In this document: positions 38,681-52,900 of the stretch, one piece after another
Layout of the letters: each line of letters opens with the position of its first letter
Position numbering within the stretch: the stretch's first letter is position 1
Source of the DNA: Octopus vulgaris
Lineage: Eukaryota
Length of the DNA: 64,000 nucleotides
Assembly (NCBI GenBank): GCA_951406725.2
Contig: OX597838.1
Coordinates: 24,180,001 to 24,244,000 of the forward strand
Reading direction: 5' to 3'
The notes under the pieces: generated by a model
Database searches by the model: none
Seen by the model: only the letters and a program-made list of their open reading frames with translations
Told to the model about the DNA's origin: nothing
Program-made: the position numbers and the translations under genes

Positions 38681-40127
38681 CTCCATTACACTCTTGGAGT
38701 GGTTGGCATTAGGAAGGGCATCCATCTGTAGAAACCATGCTAAACCAGACAGGAGTCTGGTGCAGCACCTCAGCTTACCAACCCTGGTCAAACCATCCAA
38801 CATATACCAGCATGGACAACAGACGTATGATGATGATATATATATATATGTATACACACACACGTACATCATCATCATGTAATGTCTACTTTCCAAGCGG
38901 GCATGGGTTAGACAGTTTGATATTTGTATATCAGACTCTGCAGCTGTATTGAGTCCGTAATTCAGTAATTGTATGCTGGTTTTTGTGCTTCTAAATAGAA
39001 ACAGTAATTGCTATCTGTCTGTCGGTCAATATATGAATGAATCAATAAAGACAAGTCTTTATTTATCCTCAATGGATGAGAAAACACCAACAAAGATTAT
39101 CCTTTTGAAAGAATTTGCATGCTGCCACTTCTCTCTCCCTCTCCCCTCTGCTTTTCTCTTTGGCTATTCATACATACATACATGCATATGTGTATGTATG
39201 TGTGTGTATATATACGTGTGTGTGTCTGTCAGTATATATGTATGTCTATGTATATATATATATGTATGTGTGTCTATGTATATATACATATGTATGTGTG
39301 TCTATGTATATATACATATGTATGTGTGTCTATGTATGTATATATACATATGTATGTGTGTCTATGTATGTATATATACATATGTATGTGTGTCTATGTA
39401 TGTATATATACATATGTATGTGTGTATCTATGTATGTATATATACATATGTATGTGTGTATCTATGTATGTATATATACATATGTATGTGTGTATCTATG
39501 TATGTATATATACATATGTATGTGTGTATCTATGTATGTGTGTATCTATGTATGTATATATACATATGTATGTGTGTATCTATCTATGTATGTATATATA
39601 CATATGTATGTGTGTATCTATCTATGTGTGTATCTATACATATGTATGTGTGTATCTATGTATATATGTATGTGTGTTTATGTATTGTGTAAATATGTGT
39701 CTGCATGTATATGTGCGCGTGTATGTATATGTGCGCGTGTATGTATATGTGCGCGTGTATGTATGTGTGTATATAAATGTGTGTGTATGAATGTGTGTGT
39801 ATGTATGTGTGTATATATATATATGTGTATATATATGTATGTGTGTGCGTGTGTGTGTATATATGTGTGTATACCTGTCTCTCTCTTTCTGTTAATTCAA
39901 CTTTTGCTCACCAGTTTCTACCTCTCTTCCTTTCTTTGTCCGTCTGACTCTCTCTCTCTCTCTCTGCATCTCTCCCTCTCTTTCTGCATCTTTCTATCTC
40001 TCTGTGTGTCTGTCTCTCTCTCTCACTCTCTTTCGGCTTTCTTCCTCCTTTAGCTCTCCACACATTACTCCCATTGATTGCTTTCTTCCTCTCCTACACC
40101 CACATTCTCTCTCTCTCTCTCCATCTG

Positions 40128-40171
<44 letters not shown>

Positions 40172-41122
40172 TTCTCTCCACCCTCATCCTGACATCATTA
40201 GCTACTACTGCTGACGCTGCAGTCGTTGCTACGGCTGCTGGCGCTGCAGCTGTTGCTACTGCTGCAGATATTGTTGGCCTCCCCTTCTGTCTGGCTAAGC
40301 TGCAAGAGGAAAGCGAGAGAGAGAGAGAGAGGAAGAAAGACAGTTGGTCAGTCAGTGACTGTGTCGAGTTGTTCTTGGTGAAATTGCAATGATTTATCTG
40401 TCTGTCTGACTTTCAGTCGGTCAGTCAAGCAATCAATCAATCAATCAGTCAATCAATCCAACCAGTCAATCACTCAGTCTATGTCTATTTGTCACTCAAA
40501 CAGTCTGTGTTTGGTCTTCCTCCAGTGCATCAAAGCTTCTCCACCAATGTTTATAGGAAAGCATCTTGTTTCATTCACAAATCAAGTCAGTTGATTGCTT
40601 TTTACTTTCTCTTTCTCTTTGTTATTGTTGGTTAAATTATGATTTAATTCTCTTTCCTTTTTCCATTTAAAAAAAAAAGAATTACATTATTTTTTTTTAT
40701 ATAAAAATGTGTGTGTGTTTGTGCTATTTGCATATATTTCAAAATGAAGCTGGTGTGATGACATCAAAGACTGGACAGGGAGGAGACCCTGGGAGGCAGA
40801 TTTTACAGCTGTAGCATAAAACTGCAGTGTGTGTGTGTGAAGGAGTTGTGGTTGTGCCTGAGGGTCTACTCCCTTAGCTTCACTGGCACCTCCACCCTGC
40901 CCCACTCCAAAATCATGAGGAGGGGCATACTTATTAATTTATCTATTATGTGTTGTTGTTGTGTGTGTGAATATGTGATTGCGTGTGTGCATGTGTGTGT
41001 GTGTGTGTGTGATATACATGTGATTGTGTGTGAATATGTGATTGTGTGTGCATGCATATGTGTGAATATACGTGATTGTGTGTGCATGTATGTGTGTTTG
41101 CACATGAATATTGATGTGATTG

Positions 41123-41157
<35 letters not shown>

Positions 41158-43898
41158 ATACATGTGATTATGTATGCATATGTGTGTGTGTGTGTGTGTG
41201 TATGTATGTGAACAGGCATGTGTGCGTGTGAATATATAAATACTCGTATCATCTCTGAATTAGAATGTATAAATGTGACTCTTTTAGTCACCCTCACACA
41301 GGATAACTCCTTTAGTGCTGGTGGTGCAATAGAATTAATCCAGTACAGCCTGCAAAATGGTTAGCAACAGGAAGGGCATCCAGCCAGTGAATGCATTCCA
41401 AGATAAATATGTTGGGCTCTCAGACATATTCGTTTGTCATTTATTGAGTTTTTTTAACTATGTTTAATCATGTGTATATATATATATACATATATGTGTG
41501 TGTGTATATATATAATATATATATATAAGAATTATAAATATTATTGCAATACAATAGTATCATTTTCCAGCTAAATAGAGGTAGAATTATAAATAGGAAA
41601 TAGTGCCACATAAGGCACCAATGTTTGCTGGAAATAGCAGTCGATAACCATATGCTACGTAAAGCTTCACTGAATCTATAGATGCAAAGATGTGTGCAGG
41701 TGGCGAATGTAAAAAATTTTCATCTTATCTCCAAGGAGAATGCCAGATAAGCTTTACATAGCTTTGTATGGTCGACTGCTATTTCCAGCAAACATTGGTG
41801 CCTTGTTGCACCACTATTTCTTATATATATACCAGTCTCCATATTTCATTCCATAATGGCTACCTCTGAAGAGTGTAGGATTACTTAATCGGACTGTTAC
41901 CTAACACTCTGTTGAACCCATTGTGTGAAACCAACTGGTAAGGTTGGCCGTAATGAATATGTACACTTCGATTAATACACTCACTCTACTGACAGATATA
42001 TAAATGTATTCTTTTCTCGATTTATGGACTCTTAGGCAGCTTACACACACACACACTCATATATTATTCTTAAACAAGAATGTTGTTAACAGGGACTTCA
42101 AAGCAAGGGAGATTGGTTGGCCAGGGACTTTAGTAGGAGTCACTAGCCCAAGGAGCCACAGGGTGGGTTGAACCCAAAACTGCATGGTTGCAAAGTAAGC
42201 TTCTTAACCACAGCTTTATGTACCCCTCTTCATACATATATCTCCTACACATACATACAACAATATTCCAAGTCATAAAAATTTCTTTTTTTTTTGTTTT
42301 TATTGTTTTGTATTTTGAGTGTGTGTGTGTATTCTTTTATTTTATTTGTTTCAGTCATTTTAACTGCAGCCATGCTGGAGCACCACTTTTAGTCGAACAA
42401 ATCGACCCCAGAACTTATACTTTGTAAGCCTAGTACTTGTTCTGTCGGTCTCTTTTGCTGAACTGCTAAGTTATGGGGGACACAAACACACCCACATTGG
42501 TTGTCAAGCGATGGTAGGGGTACACAGAAACACACACATATATATATGACAGGCTTCTTTCAGTTTCCACCTACCAAATCCACTCACAAGGCTTTGGTCG
42601 GCCCGAGGCTGTAGTAGAAGACACTTGCCCAAGGTGCCATGCAGTGGGACTGAACCCAGAACCATGTTGTTGGGAAGCAAGCTTTTTATCACACAGCCAA
42701 GCCTACACCTTTACATATATAATATATATTTATTTACTCTCTCACTCACTCACTCACTCACACACACACACACACACATACATATGTACGTTACTTATGT
42801 CTGACATTGTTCTTCCCCTCTTCCAGATATGATGTTCTGTTAGTCTTTATATAATTCCATTTATATTTTGATTAAGCAGATTAATCCTTTTTTTTTTTGT
42901 ATGTTACTTAATCCTCTTAATAACACAGAGATTGGTAGAGGGATGGAAAAGTGGATAGATAGATGGCTGGCTTGCTGTCAGTGAAACCTGTGTTCTCATT
43001 TTAATTTAATTGGTTGCAGGACAGCGGAAAATTTTGTGTGTGTGTGTGTTCGTATCATCATCATCGTTTAACGTCTGTTTTCCATGCTAACATGGGTTGG
43101 ACAGTTCGACCAGGGTCTGGGAAGCCAGGAGGCTGCACCAGGCTCCAGTTTGATCTGGCAGTGTTTCTACAGCTTGATGCCCTTCTTAATGTCAACCACT
43201 CCATGAGTGTAGTGGGTGCTTTTTACATGCCAGGGGAGGCTGGCAGCGGCCACTGGCACGGGTGTGTATATATATTATATGAGGTGGTATCAAAAAGTTC
43301 CTGGACTAGTTTTGTAGCATGCCAACAGATGGCAGCATATGGTTGCGTGTGCAGTGAGAGCTAGCAGCGACCTTCATGAGGCAGTGTGCTGAGTGACATT
43401 GCTATGTTTACTTCACAAGTTGTGAAATTTGTGTTTTCGTGATCATGTGTATGCTGTAGTCTGTGATTTTGTCATGGACAGGAACAAAAAGCCATGGTGA
43501 AATTTTGCATTGATCTTGGGAAGTCTGCTACAGAGACATCGAGCATGTTTTGGCAAGCTTACGATGATGAGGCAATGGTTCATAGGCAATGTTTCGAGTG
43601 ACATGGGCACTTCGAAAGCAGAAGAAAATCCCTGGAAGACAATGTCCAATCTCAAAGACCTGCCATGAGAGTGAACCCTGGAAATGTATTACTCTTTACT
43701 CTTTTACTTGTTTCAGGCATTTGGCTGTGGCCATGCTGGAGCATCACCTTTAGTCGAGCAAATCGACCCCAGGACTTATTCTTTGTAAGCCTAGTACTTA
43801 TTCTATCGGTCTCTTTTGCCGAACTGATAAGTTACAGGGATGTAAACACACCAGCATCGGTTGTCAAGCGATGTTGGGGGGACAAACACAGACACACA

Positions 43899-43930
<32 letters not shown>

Positions 43931-46900
43931 TATATACGACGGGCTTCTTTCAGTTTCCGTCTACCAAATCCAACCAAAGCCTTGTGAGTGGATTTGATAG
44001 ACAGAAACTAAAAGAAGCCCATCATATGTATTTGTGTGTGTGCTACTGCCTTCTTGCCTTGACTTTGTGTGATATTTGTAAAGCAAGAAAGCAGTGTCCT
44101 CCCCTTTAAATCTCCTGGAAACTTGTCTGATCATAGGGGGGGGGATATTACCTCACTTAGAAACAGGTGAAGGTTTGCAGCAGGAAGGGCATCCGCCCAA
44201 AGAAAATTTACTTCAACAAATTCCATCAGACCCGTGCATGCATACATGGAAAAAATGGACGTTAAAACAACGATAAGGATAACTTCGCTGTTCAAAGGGA
44301 CAAGATCTTGCATTCCAATCCTATGCAAATATCTAGTGTAGTGGAGGCACATGGCCTAGTGGTTAGGGCAGCAGACTCGCGGTCGAGGGATTATGGGTTC
44401 GAATCTCAGACCGGGCGATGTGTGTGTTCATGAGCGAAACACCTAAGCTCCACGCGGCTCCGGCAGAAGGTAATGGCGAACTTTCTGCTGAGTCTTTCGC
44501 CACAACTTTCTCTCACTCATTCCTCCTCCATCTTGCAGCTCACCTGCGACGAACCGGCGTCACGTCCAGGTGGGGAACCTACACGCCAAGGAAACCGGCC
44601 CTTATGAGCCAGGCATGGCTCGAGAAGGAACAAAATATCTAATGTTGCATCACCAATTCCACCGTATGTGTATAAATCCTTAAAAATGTTTTAGCCCGAA
44701 TGCCGCGGCCATGCTGGGGCACCACCGCTGTATATTAGTATTCCTCTTGTATTCTTTGACTTGTTGCAATCATTTGACTGTGACCATGAAGGGTACCCAA
44801 GAACAACAGTTGTAATTGCCTCATTTGTCTTCCAGCTGTCCACCTCCTCTATCCTCTCCTTGTTCTTGTTTTCTTCCTCTTCTCTTTCGTCGTCTTCAAT
44901 CGCTACAGTCTAGTTTTGTCCAATGCATTGAAATAAAGCAAAATTGACCAACCGGTTCTTTTTCTCTTTTTTTTTTCCTCCACTCATCCTTGCAGTGCTT
45001 CTGTGCCTCTCAACCAACCAACTAACATGAAAACTATTGGACGTTTGATCAGCCCTGTCGTATCAAGTAAGTCCATCTTCTTTAAAATAACCTCCTTCTC
45101 CTTGTTTTTCTTCTCCTGCCTTTTATTCTTTCTTTTTCTTCTTCCTTCTCTTCCTGCTTTTCTTCTTCATTCTCCTCCTCCTCCTTATTTCTTATTCCTT
45201 TCTTCCTTCTCTTCCTCCTCGTTCTTTTTCTTCTCTTGCTTTTTTCTTCCTTCTTTCTTTCTCCTCCTCCTTTTTTCTGATTCCTTCTCTTCCTCCTCCT
45301 CTTGCTTTTCTTCTTCCTTCTTTCTTACTCCACCCATCTTGTTGTTCTCATTCATTTTCTTCTTTCTTTCTTTCATTCTGCTCTTCCTCTTCCTCTTTCC
45401 ATAAGGCACACATATAGTTTACCGGATATCTTGAGAACTTTCTAGTTATTCATTGGCAGTGCATTTTGACCATCCATGGCCATCACCTTTTATTCTCTCT
45501 GACTGAATCCGAGAAGCTTTAAGTTGTTTAGCCTCAAGTTGGCAGACCTATGTTAAAAGGCACTCCACCTATGTCTGTCCCATCTTTTGTTTTTTCAAAT
45601 ATAGTGTACATGGAAAGCCTTGTGAGTGGATTTGGTAGACAGAAACTGAAAGAAGCCTATTATATATATATATGTATATATCAGCATCATCATCATTCTT
45701 TAATGTCTGTTTTCCATGCTGGCATGGGTTGGAGCTGGCAAGCTGGAGATTGCACCATGTTCCAGTCTGATTTGGCTTAGTTTCTATGGCTGGATGCCCT
45801 CCTTCATGCCAACCACTTTACAGTGTGGTGGATGCTTTTATCATGGCACCGGCACTACATATATAGGGTTCGTAGTTCTATGAGCTGCCTGGCAACCTCA
45901 CCAGTGCTGGTGGCATGGAAAAAAAAAGCACCCAGTCCACACTGTAAAGCAGTTGGTGTTAGGAAGGGCATCCAGCTGTAGAAACCATGCCAAGGCTGAT
46001 ATTGGAGCTTGAAGTAGTCCTTTGACATATCAGATCTTATCAAACCGTCCAACCCATACCAGCCTGGAAAATGGACATTGAATGACGGTATGTGTGTGTT
46101 TTTATGTCTGCGCTTCTCCAAAAATTGCTGAGCTACAAGCAGTGATGATGATACCATTTCTCCTGTCAGCGAATCTTCTGCTGGGTTTGCACCTTTGATG
46201 TAATATGGAATAAGAGAAACCCTTACTTGATGACAGGGATAAGAAACTGGTGATGAGGAAAGGTTACCTGTGACGGGTCCAATGTCCTGTTCTTGAAAAT
46301 GTTTCTTTCATCTGTTTAATACTGCAGAAAGCCGACACTTAGTCCACAAAAGATTAGCTTCCTTTGAATTTGTGTATATGTGTACTTGCACCTGCACGTT
46401 TGGATGTGTGTGTATGTACATAAGGGTTTAAGTGTGTGTGTGTTTGTGCATGTGAATTTGTGTGTGAGTGTGTGTGTGAGTATGCACATGTTTGGGTAAG
46501 TGTATGTGTGTCCACACACGTTTGGACATGTGTGTGCATTTGTGTGTATATGCATAAGTGTTTGAGTATGTATGTGTTTGTGCATGAGAATTTTTGTGAC
46601 TGTGTGTATATGCATGAGTGTGTGTGTATATGCATGACTGTGTGTGTGTGTGTTTGCACATGAGTGTGTGTGTGTGTGTGTATGTGTAATTACATATATG
46701 CTTACTTGCAGATATCACAAACATTTTGGTATCTCCAGCCATTCCAGTTCGGTTACCTCCGGGACAGATTCACCATGGTGCAGTGTCTGGTAGACCACAG
46801 ACTCATGGACGTATCTCTCTTACCAAATCTTCAACTAAGTTAGGTAAGTAATTTGTCAATTAATAGACTAACATAATATTATTATCATAAACCCTTTCGT

Positions 46901-49900
46901 TACCAACCCGGCTGAAACTGGCTCTGGCTCTTTCGTATAAATGTCTTGTTTTCATAAGTTTTGAATTAAAATCTTCCACCAAACCTTAGTAACAATTTAT
47001 GTTCCTAACAATAGCTTAATGATAGCAAAGTTAATTTACTAAATTCTTTGTTATATCTAAAATAATTGAAAGAAACACAGAGCATCTCAAAATAAATACA
47101 GTAATGAAAGGGTTAAGGCAGCAAGCTGGCAGAACCCCACCTCCTCCCCCAAGTTTCAGGCCCTTGTACCTGTTGCAGAAAAGATTATATTTATTTCTTT
47201 ACTACCCACAAGGGGCTAAACACAGAGGGGACAAACGGATTAAGTCGATTACATCGACCCCAGTGCGTAACTGGTACTTAATTTATCGACCCCGAAAGGA
47301 TGAAAGGCGAAGTCGACCTCGGCGGAATTTGAACTCAGAACGTAATAGCAGACGAAATACGGCTATGCATTTCACCCGGCGTGCTAACGGATCTGCCAGC
47401 TCGCCGCCTTATATTGGCAAAATAGCAGAATCGTTAGCACGCCAGGCGAAATGCTTTGCAGTGTTTCATCTGCCGATACATTCTCAATTTAAATTCCGCC
47501 GAGGCCAACTTTGCTTCCCATCCTGTCAGGGCCGATAAATTAAGTACCAGTGAAACACTGGGGGTCGGTGTAATCAAAGTAGTTCCCTCTCCCATAGTTT
47601 CAGGCCTTGTGCCTTTAGAAGAAGGGATTATGTCATTGATCCCTGGCTGGTGTATTGGCAAGAATTGTGCCATAAAAATGCCTTCACCATCATCATCATT
47701 ATTACTTAACTCTTTCTTCTTCCATGATGGTAAGGTCGTGAGTTCAATTCCTGGCAGAGCATTGTATCCTTGAGCAAGACGCTTCATTTCATGTTGCTCC
47801 ATCCACTCCACTCAGCTGGCAAAAATGAATACTCCCTGTATTTCAAAGGGCCGCTTCACGGCATTTTTTATATCTCTTTACGTTCTAAGTTCAAATGCCA
47901 TCAAGGTTGACTTTGCCTTTCATCCTTTCGGGGCTGATAAAGTAAGTACCAGTGGAGTACTGGGGTCAATGTAAATGAGTTAACCCCAGCTCCAAAGTTG
48001 CTGGCCTCGTGCCAAAATTATTATTATTATTAAAGAGGCAGCAAGCTGGCAGAGTTGTTAGCATGCCAGGCAAAATGTTTAGCGGCATTTTTCTTGACTT
48101 TATGTTCAGAGTTCAAACCCTTTTGGGGCTGATAAAATAAGTACCAGTTGAGCAGTTCCCCACTCCAGAAATTGCTGGCCTTGTGCCAAAATTTGAAACT
48201 ATTATTATTATTAATGCAGTGAGCTGCTGGTAGAGTTATTAGCACGCCGGGCAAAATGCTTAGCAGTATTTCATCTATTTTTACATTCTGAGTTCAAATT
48301 CCACCAAGGTCGACTTTGCCTTTCATCCTTTCGGGGTCGATAGAATAAGTATCAGTCGAGCACTGGGGTCAGTGTCATCAGCTAACCCCTTCCTATGAAA
48401 TTTCAAGCCTTGTGCCTATTGTAGAAACATTTATTATGTAGCCATGTATTTTCACCCTTGTCTCATGCATTTCATCACAAAACCTCTCAACATACCACAT
48501 CAGTCTTTAACAGCTACAGTGCACTATTTCATTCCAGGTCGGGGTGCTGGAGAGGTACTAAAGAATTATGTCAATAAAGTAGATCAACCACCAGCAGAAG
48601 AGGTAAGGTTTCTTCCTTTTTCTCTCCACCATTATCCTGTGAGGTGTCTTGTCCCAACTTCTACCAAATGTCTCAAACGTTTCATTTAGTTTTCACAAAA
48701 GGTTATATCTACCATATTTTCTATACTTTGTCATCCTTTTCTCTTGATTAAACTCCCTAATCTATGTCCTCACAACCTTTAGTGTTACCCTCTCAAACAT
48801 AATAACTTCACCTGTTAGCCTTAAATACAATTATCATCATCATCATCATTTAACTTATGCTTTCTATGCTGGCATGTGGAGGCGTGTGGCTTAGTGGTTA
48901 GGGTGTCAGCATCATGATCATAAGATTGTGGTTTCGATTCCTGGACTGGGCGACACGTGTTCTTGAGCAAAACCCTTCATTTCATGTTGCTCCAGTCCAC
49001 TCAGCTGGCAAAAATGAGTAACGCTGCGATGGATCGGCATCCTGTCCAGTTGGGGAACACATACACCATAGAAACCGGGAAACCAGGCCCACGAGCCTGG
49101 CTAAGCTTTAAAAGGGTGCATTTATTTTTTATTCTATGCTGGCATGGATTGGACAGTTCCACAGGAGCCAACAGACCAGAAGACCACACCAAGCTCCAAT
49201 GTCTGCTTTGGTCTGGTTTCTATAGCTGGATGCCTTTCCTAATGCCAACCACTTCACAGAATGTACTAGGTACTTCTTATGTGGCACCAGTGAAGTCACC
49301 ATGTAACCTGCAGGGCAAGACCCCTCAACCAAAGGAGGGCTGGGGTAATATTGTAGGAGGTGGCTTTGTCTTAGGAGATGTGGTTAGAGTATGACAGAGG
49401 GACAGAAACAGGTGTCTTGCAGTAGAGAAAATATATTACAACTAATTACTAAAAGAAAACTAAATTTAATTGTAATTAAAACTGGCACTCTGTTTGTTGT
49501 GATGACGAGTGTTCCAGTTGATCCGATCAATAGAACAGCTAGCTTGTAAAATTAATGTGCAAGTGGCTGAGCACTCCACAGACATGCGTGCCCTTAACAT
49601 AGTTCTCAGGAAGATTCAGTGTGACAAAAATGGTCCTTTGAATTACAGGTAATACTCCCTTTTGCCAGCTGAGTGGACTGGAGCAATGTGAAGTAAAGCA
49701 TCTTGCTCAAGGACAAAATGTGCCACTTGGTATTGAACTACTGTCTACTCTATAGCCTCGGGCTGACCAAAGCCTTGTGAGTGGATTTGGTAGATGGAAA
49801 CTGAAAGAAGCCTGTCGTATATATGTGTATATATATATATATATAAAAAGGAAATGAAGAAAATGCTGACAAAATAATTTAAGTAAGGGAGAGTGTATTT

Positions 49901-52900
49901 AATTAGGTGAAAGTTCTTTTTACCGGTTGCGCATTTGTTATGCTTATCAAAAGATATTTTTTTAAGAGAGATAGAGTTCCTTTCTGATAGATTTTTTTCT
50001 CTTATCGTAAGGTCAGGAGTTCAATACTGGGTGATGCACTGTGTCCTTGAGCAAGGCACTTATTCTATTGGTCTCTTTTGCCAAACTGCTAAGTTACAGG
50101 GACATAAACACACCAGCACTGGTTGTCAAGTTGTGTGTGTGTAAGAGAAAAAAATCTATCAGAAAGGAACTCTATCTCTCTTAAAAAAATATCTTTTGAT
50201 AAGCATAACAAATGCGCAACCGGTAAAAAGAACTTTCACCTAATTAAATACACCCTCTCTTACTTAAATTATTTTGTCAGCATTTTCTTCATTTCCTTTT
50301 TTTATATATCACAACTCGTGTTCCACATCTCCTTTTTTAAATATATATATATATATTTTGTGTGTCTTTGTTTATCCCCCCCCACACACACCACAACTTG
50401 ACAACCAGTGCTGGTGTGTTTATGTCCCTGTAACTTAGCAGTTTGGCAAAAGAGACCAATAGAATAAGTGCCTTGCTCAAGGACACAGTGCATCACCCAG
50501 TATTGAACACCTGACCTTACGATCACGAGACGAATATCCCTAACCACTAAGCCACACACCTTCACAGTTACAACATGGAAGACTTTTATTGGCCATTCAA
50601 AAAACTTACGAAACTATTGAGTTCATTTAAATATTATTTGGTGTCGTCGTCAAGGGAATGTTCCAGATGGAAAATAAGATGTCAGGAGGCAGAGATCAGA
50701 CACTGAAGAGGCAAAGGACTCACACTTCCTCGTCCCCTGACAACCCTCATCATCATCATTTAATGTCTGTCTTCCATGCATGGGTAGGACAGTCGATAGG
50801 AGCTGGCCAGGTAGAAGACTACCCCCAGGCTACCATGTCTGTTTTGGCATGGTTTTTACAGCTGGATGCCCTTCCTAACCACCAACCACTCCACAGAGTG
50901 GACTGAGTGTTTTTTACATAGCACCATTACAGGCAAGATCCCCTGTGTTAAATACCTCCAACTCTTCTATACAAACAACCCTTGACCTGGACAGACACCT
51001 TAGGCACTTGCACTCTTCACACCTGTCAGGATAAAAAAGCTCAATCACACACTACAGTTCTACTACTTGGACACAAGTTAATGCTGACGATGACAATTTG
51101 GTGCCAAAATTTTCATCACACCAACTGCAACTTGGTTTGTAATTACAATATTTTAATCTGCTATTATTCAATTTATTGACCAACAGGGTTTTTCTATTTT
51201 TCAGGATTGCTGTATCTGTTATGAGAAGATTGACCAACCATCTGGCTATGGTGATGGCATTGATAAAGAATGTGTTAAATTAAAGAAATGTGGCCATTTC
51301 TTCCACAGATTATGTTTGTATGCCATGTACAATAATGGACATAAGGTAAGTTGTTACTGTCTACAAATGTTTTTCTTTTCCCCACTATTTTAAAAAAAAT
51401 TATTTCTTAAAGACACAGGCATGGCTGTGTGGTAAGAAGCTTGCTTCTCAACCACATGGTTCGTGGTTCAGTCCCACTGCATGGCACCTTGGGCAAGTGT
51501 CTTCTACTATAACTTCAGGTCTATCAGAGCCTTGTTTGTGGATTTGGTTGGTGGAAACTGAAAGAAGACTGTCAAATATATATATATATTTATGTGTGTG
51601 TCTTTATGTCCGTTTGCTGCCAGTGTTGGTGTGTTTACGTCCCTGTAACTTAGTTCAGCAAAGAGACTGATAGAATAAGTATCAGGCTTTAGAAAAAAAT
51701 AAATATTGGGGTCGATGCATTCAACTAAAAATTCAAGGTGGTGCCCTAGCATGGCCGTAGCCTAATGACTGAAACAAGTAAAAGTTCCAATGTGATCTGA
51801 AAGTAGTTGTGTATTTATGAGTGTGTATATATATATGAAGTCGAAATCAAACTCGGCGACTGGCATCCGTTGCTAGTGGAGCACTAAGAGTACCATACGA
51901 GTGAGATCGTTGTCAGAGCAACAAGCTGGCCTTCGTGCCGATGGTGGCACATTAAGCACACCATTTAAAGCGTGATCGTTACCGCGTCACCTTACTAGCA
52001 CTTGTGCTGGTGGCACGTGAAACATTCAAGCGAGGTTGTCGCCAGTGCTGCTGGACTGACTCCTGTACAGGTGGCACGTAAAAAGCACCATTTGGGCGTG
52101 GCTGTTGCCAGTACCACCAAACTGGCCCTCGTGCCGGTGGCAGGTAAAAGCACCCACTACACTCTCTGAGTGGTTGGTGTTAAGAAGGGCATCCAGCTGT
52201 AGAAACTCTGCCAGATCAGATTGGAGTCTGGTTCACCAGACCTCAAATTGTCCAACCCATGCTAGCATGGAAAGCGGACGTTAAATGATGATGATGTATG
52301 TATGTAGATTAACACAAACATATCAGACCTCCTAGCAGGTCTGTAGAGTTGGAAGTCAAAAACAGAGATTGCAGTTGGAGTTGATTTTCTGTGTGCCAAT
52401 TTCCACAGCCCTGCAACCAGGACTCTATCTGAAATAGAACAATGCCTTGCGAGTGGATTTGGTAGACGGAAACTGAAAGAAGCCCGTCGTATATATGTAT
52501 GTGTGTGTGTGTGTGTGTGTGTATGTTTGTGTGTCTGTGTTTGTCTACCCAACATCGCTTGACAACTGATGCTGGTGTATTTACGTACCCGTAACTTAGC
52601 GGTTCGGCAAAAGAGACCGATAGAATAAGTACTACGCTTACAAAGAATAAGTCCTGGGGTTGATTTGACAAACCAGCAAAAGAGTAAGCAAACAACAGAG
52701 CCCCTTCCCAAATCTCAACACATCCTTGTGACCCTTCTGTTCTCTTTAACCATTTTGTCTCCAATGGAATCTGTGTGTATGTTATGTAGGGTTGTTGTTT
52801 TTGTTTAGCCCTAGGCCTGCAGATCTATGATCAGGAAGAGATTTTAGCTGTAACCATCTCATTTGTTTTGTTTTTCGAACATCTTACATAATGCAATTCT

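Noticed and set aside
44341-44415. tRNA-like sequence
   Set aside because: It is the head of a SINE with body, tail and TSD, not a stand-alone tRNA.
45067-45409. F/S/L-rich and K/E-rich ORFs
   Set aside because: Polypyrimidine tract in intron 3; only 44996-45066 is exonic.
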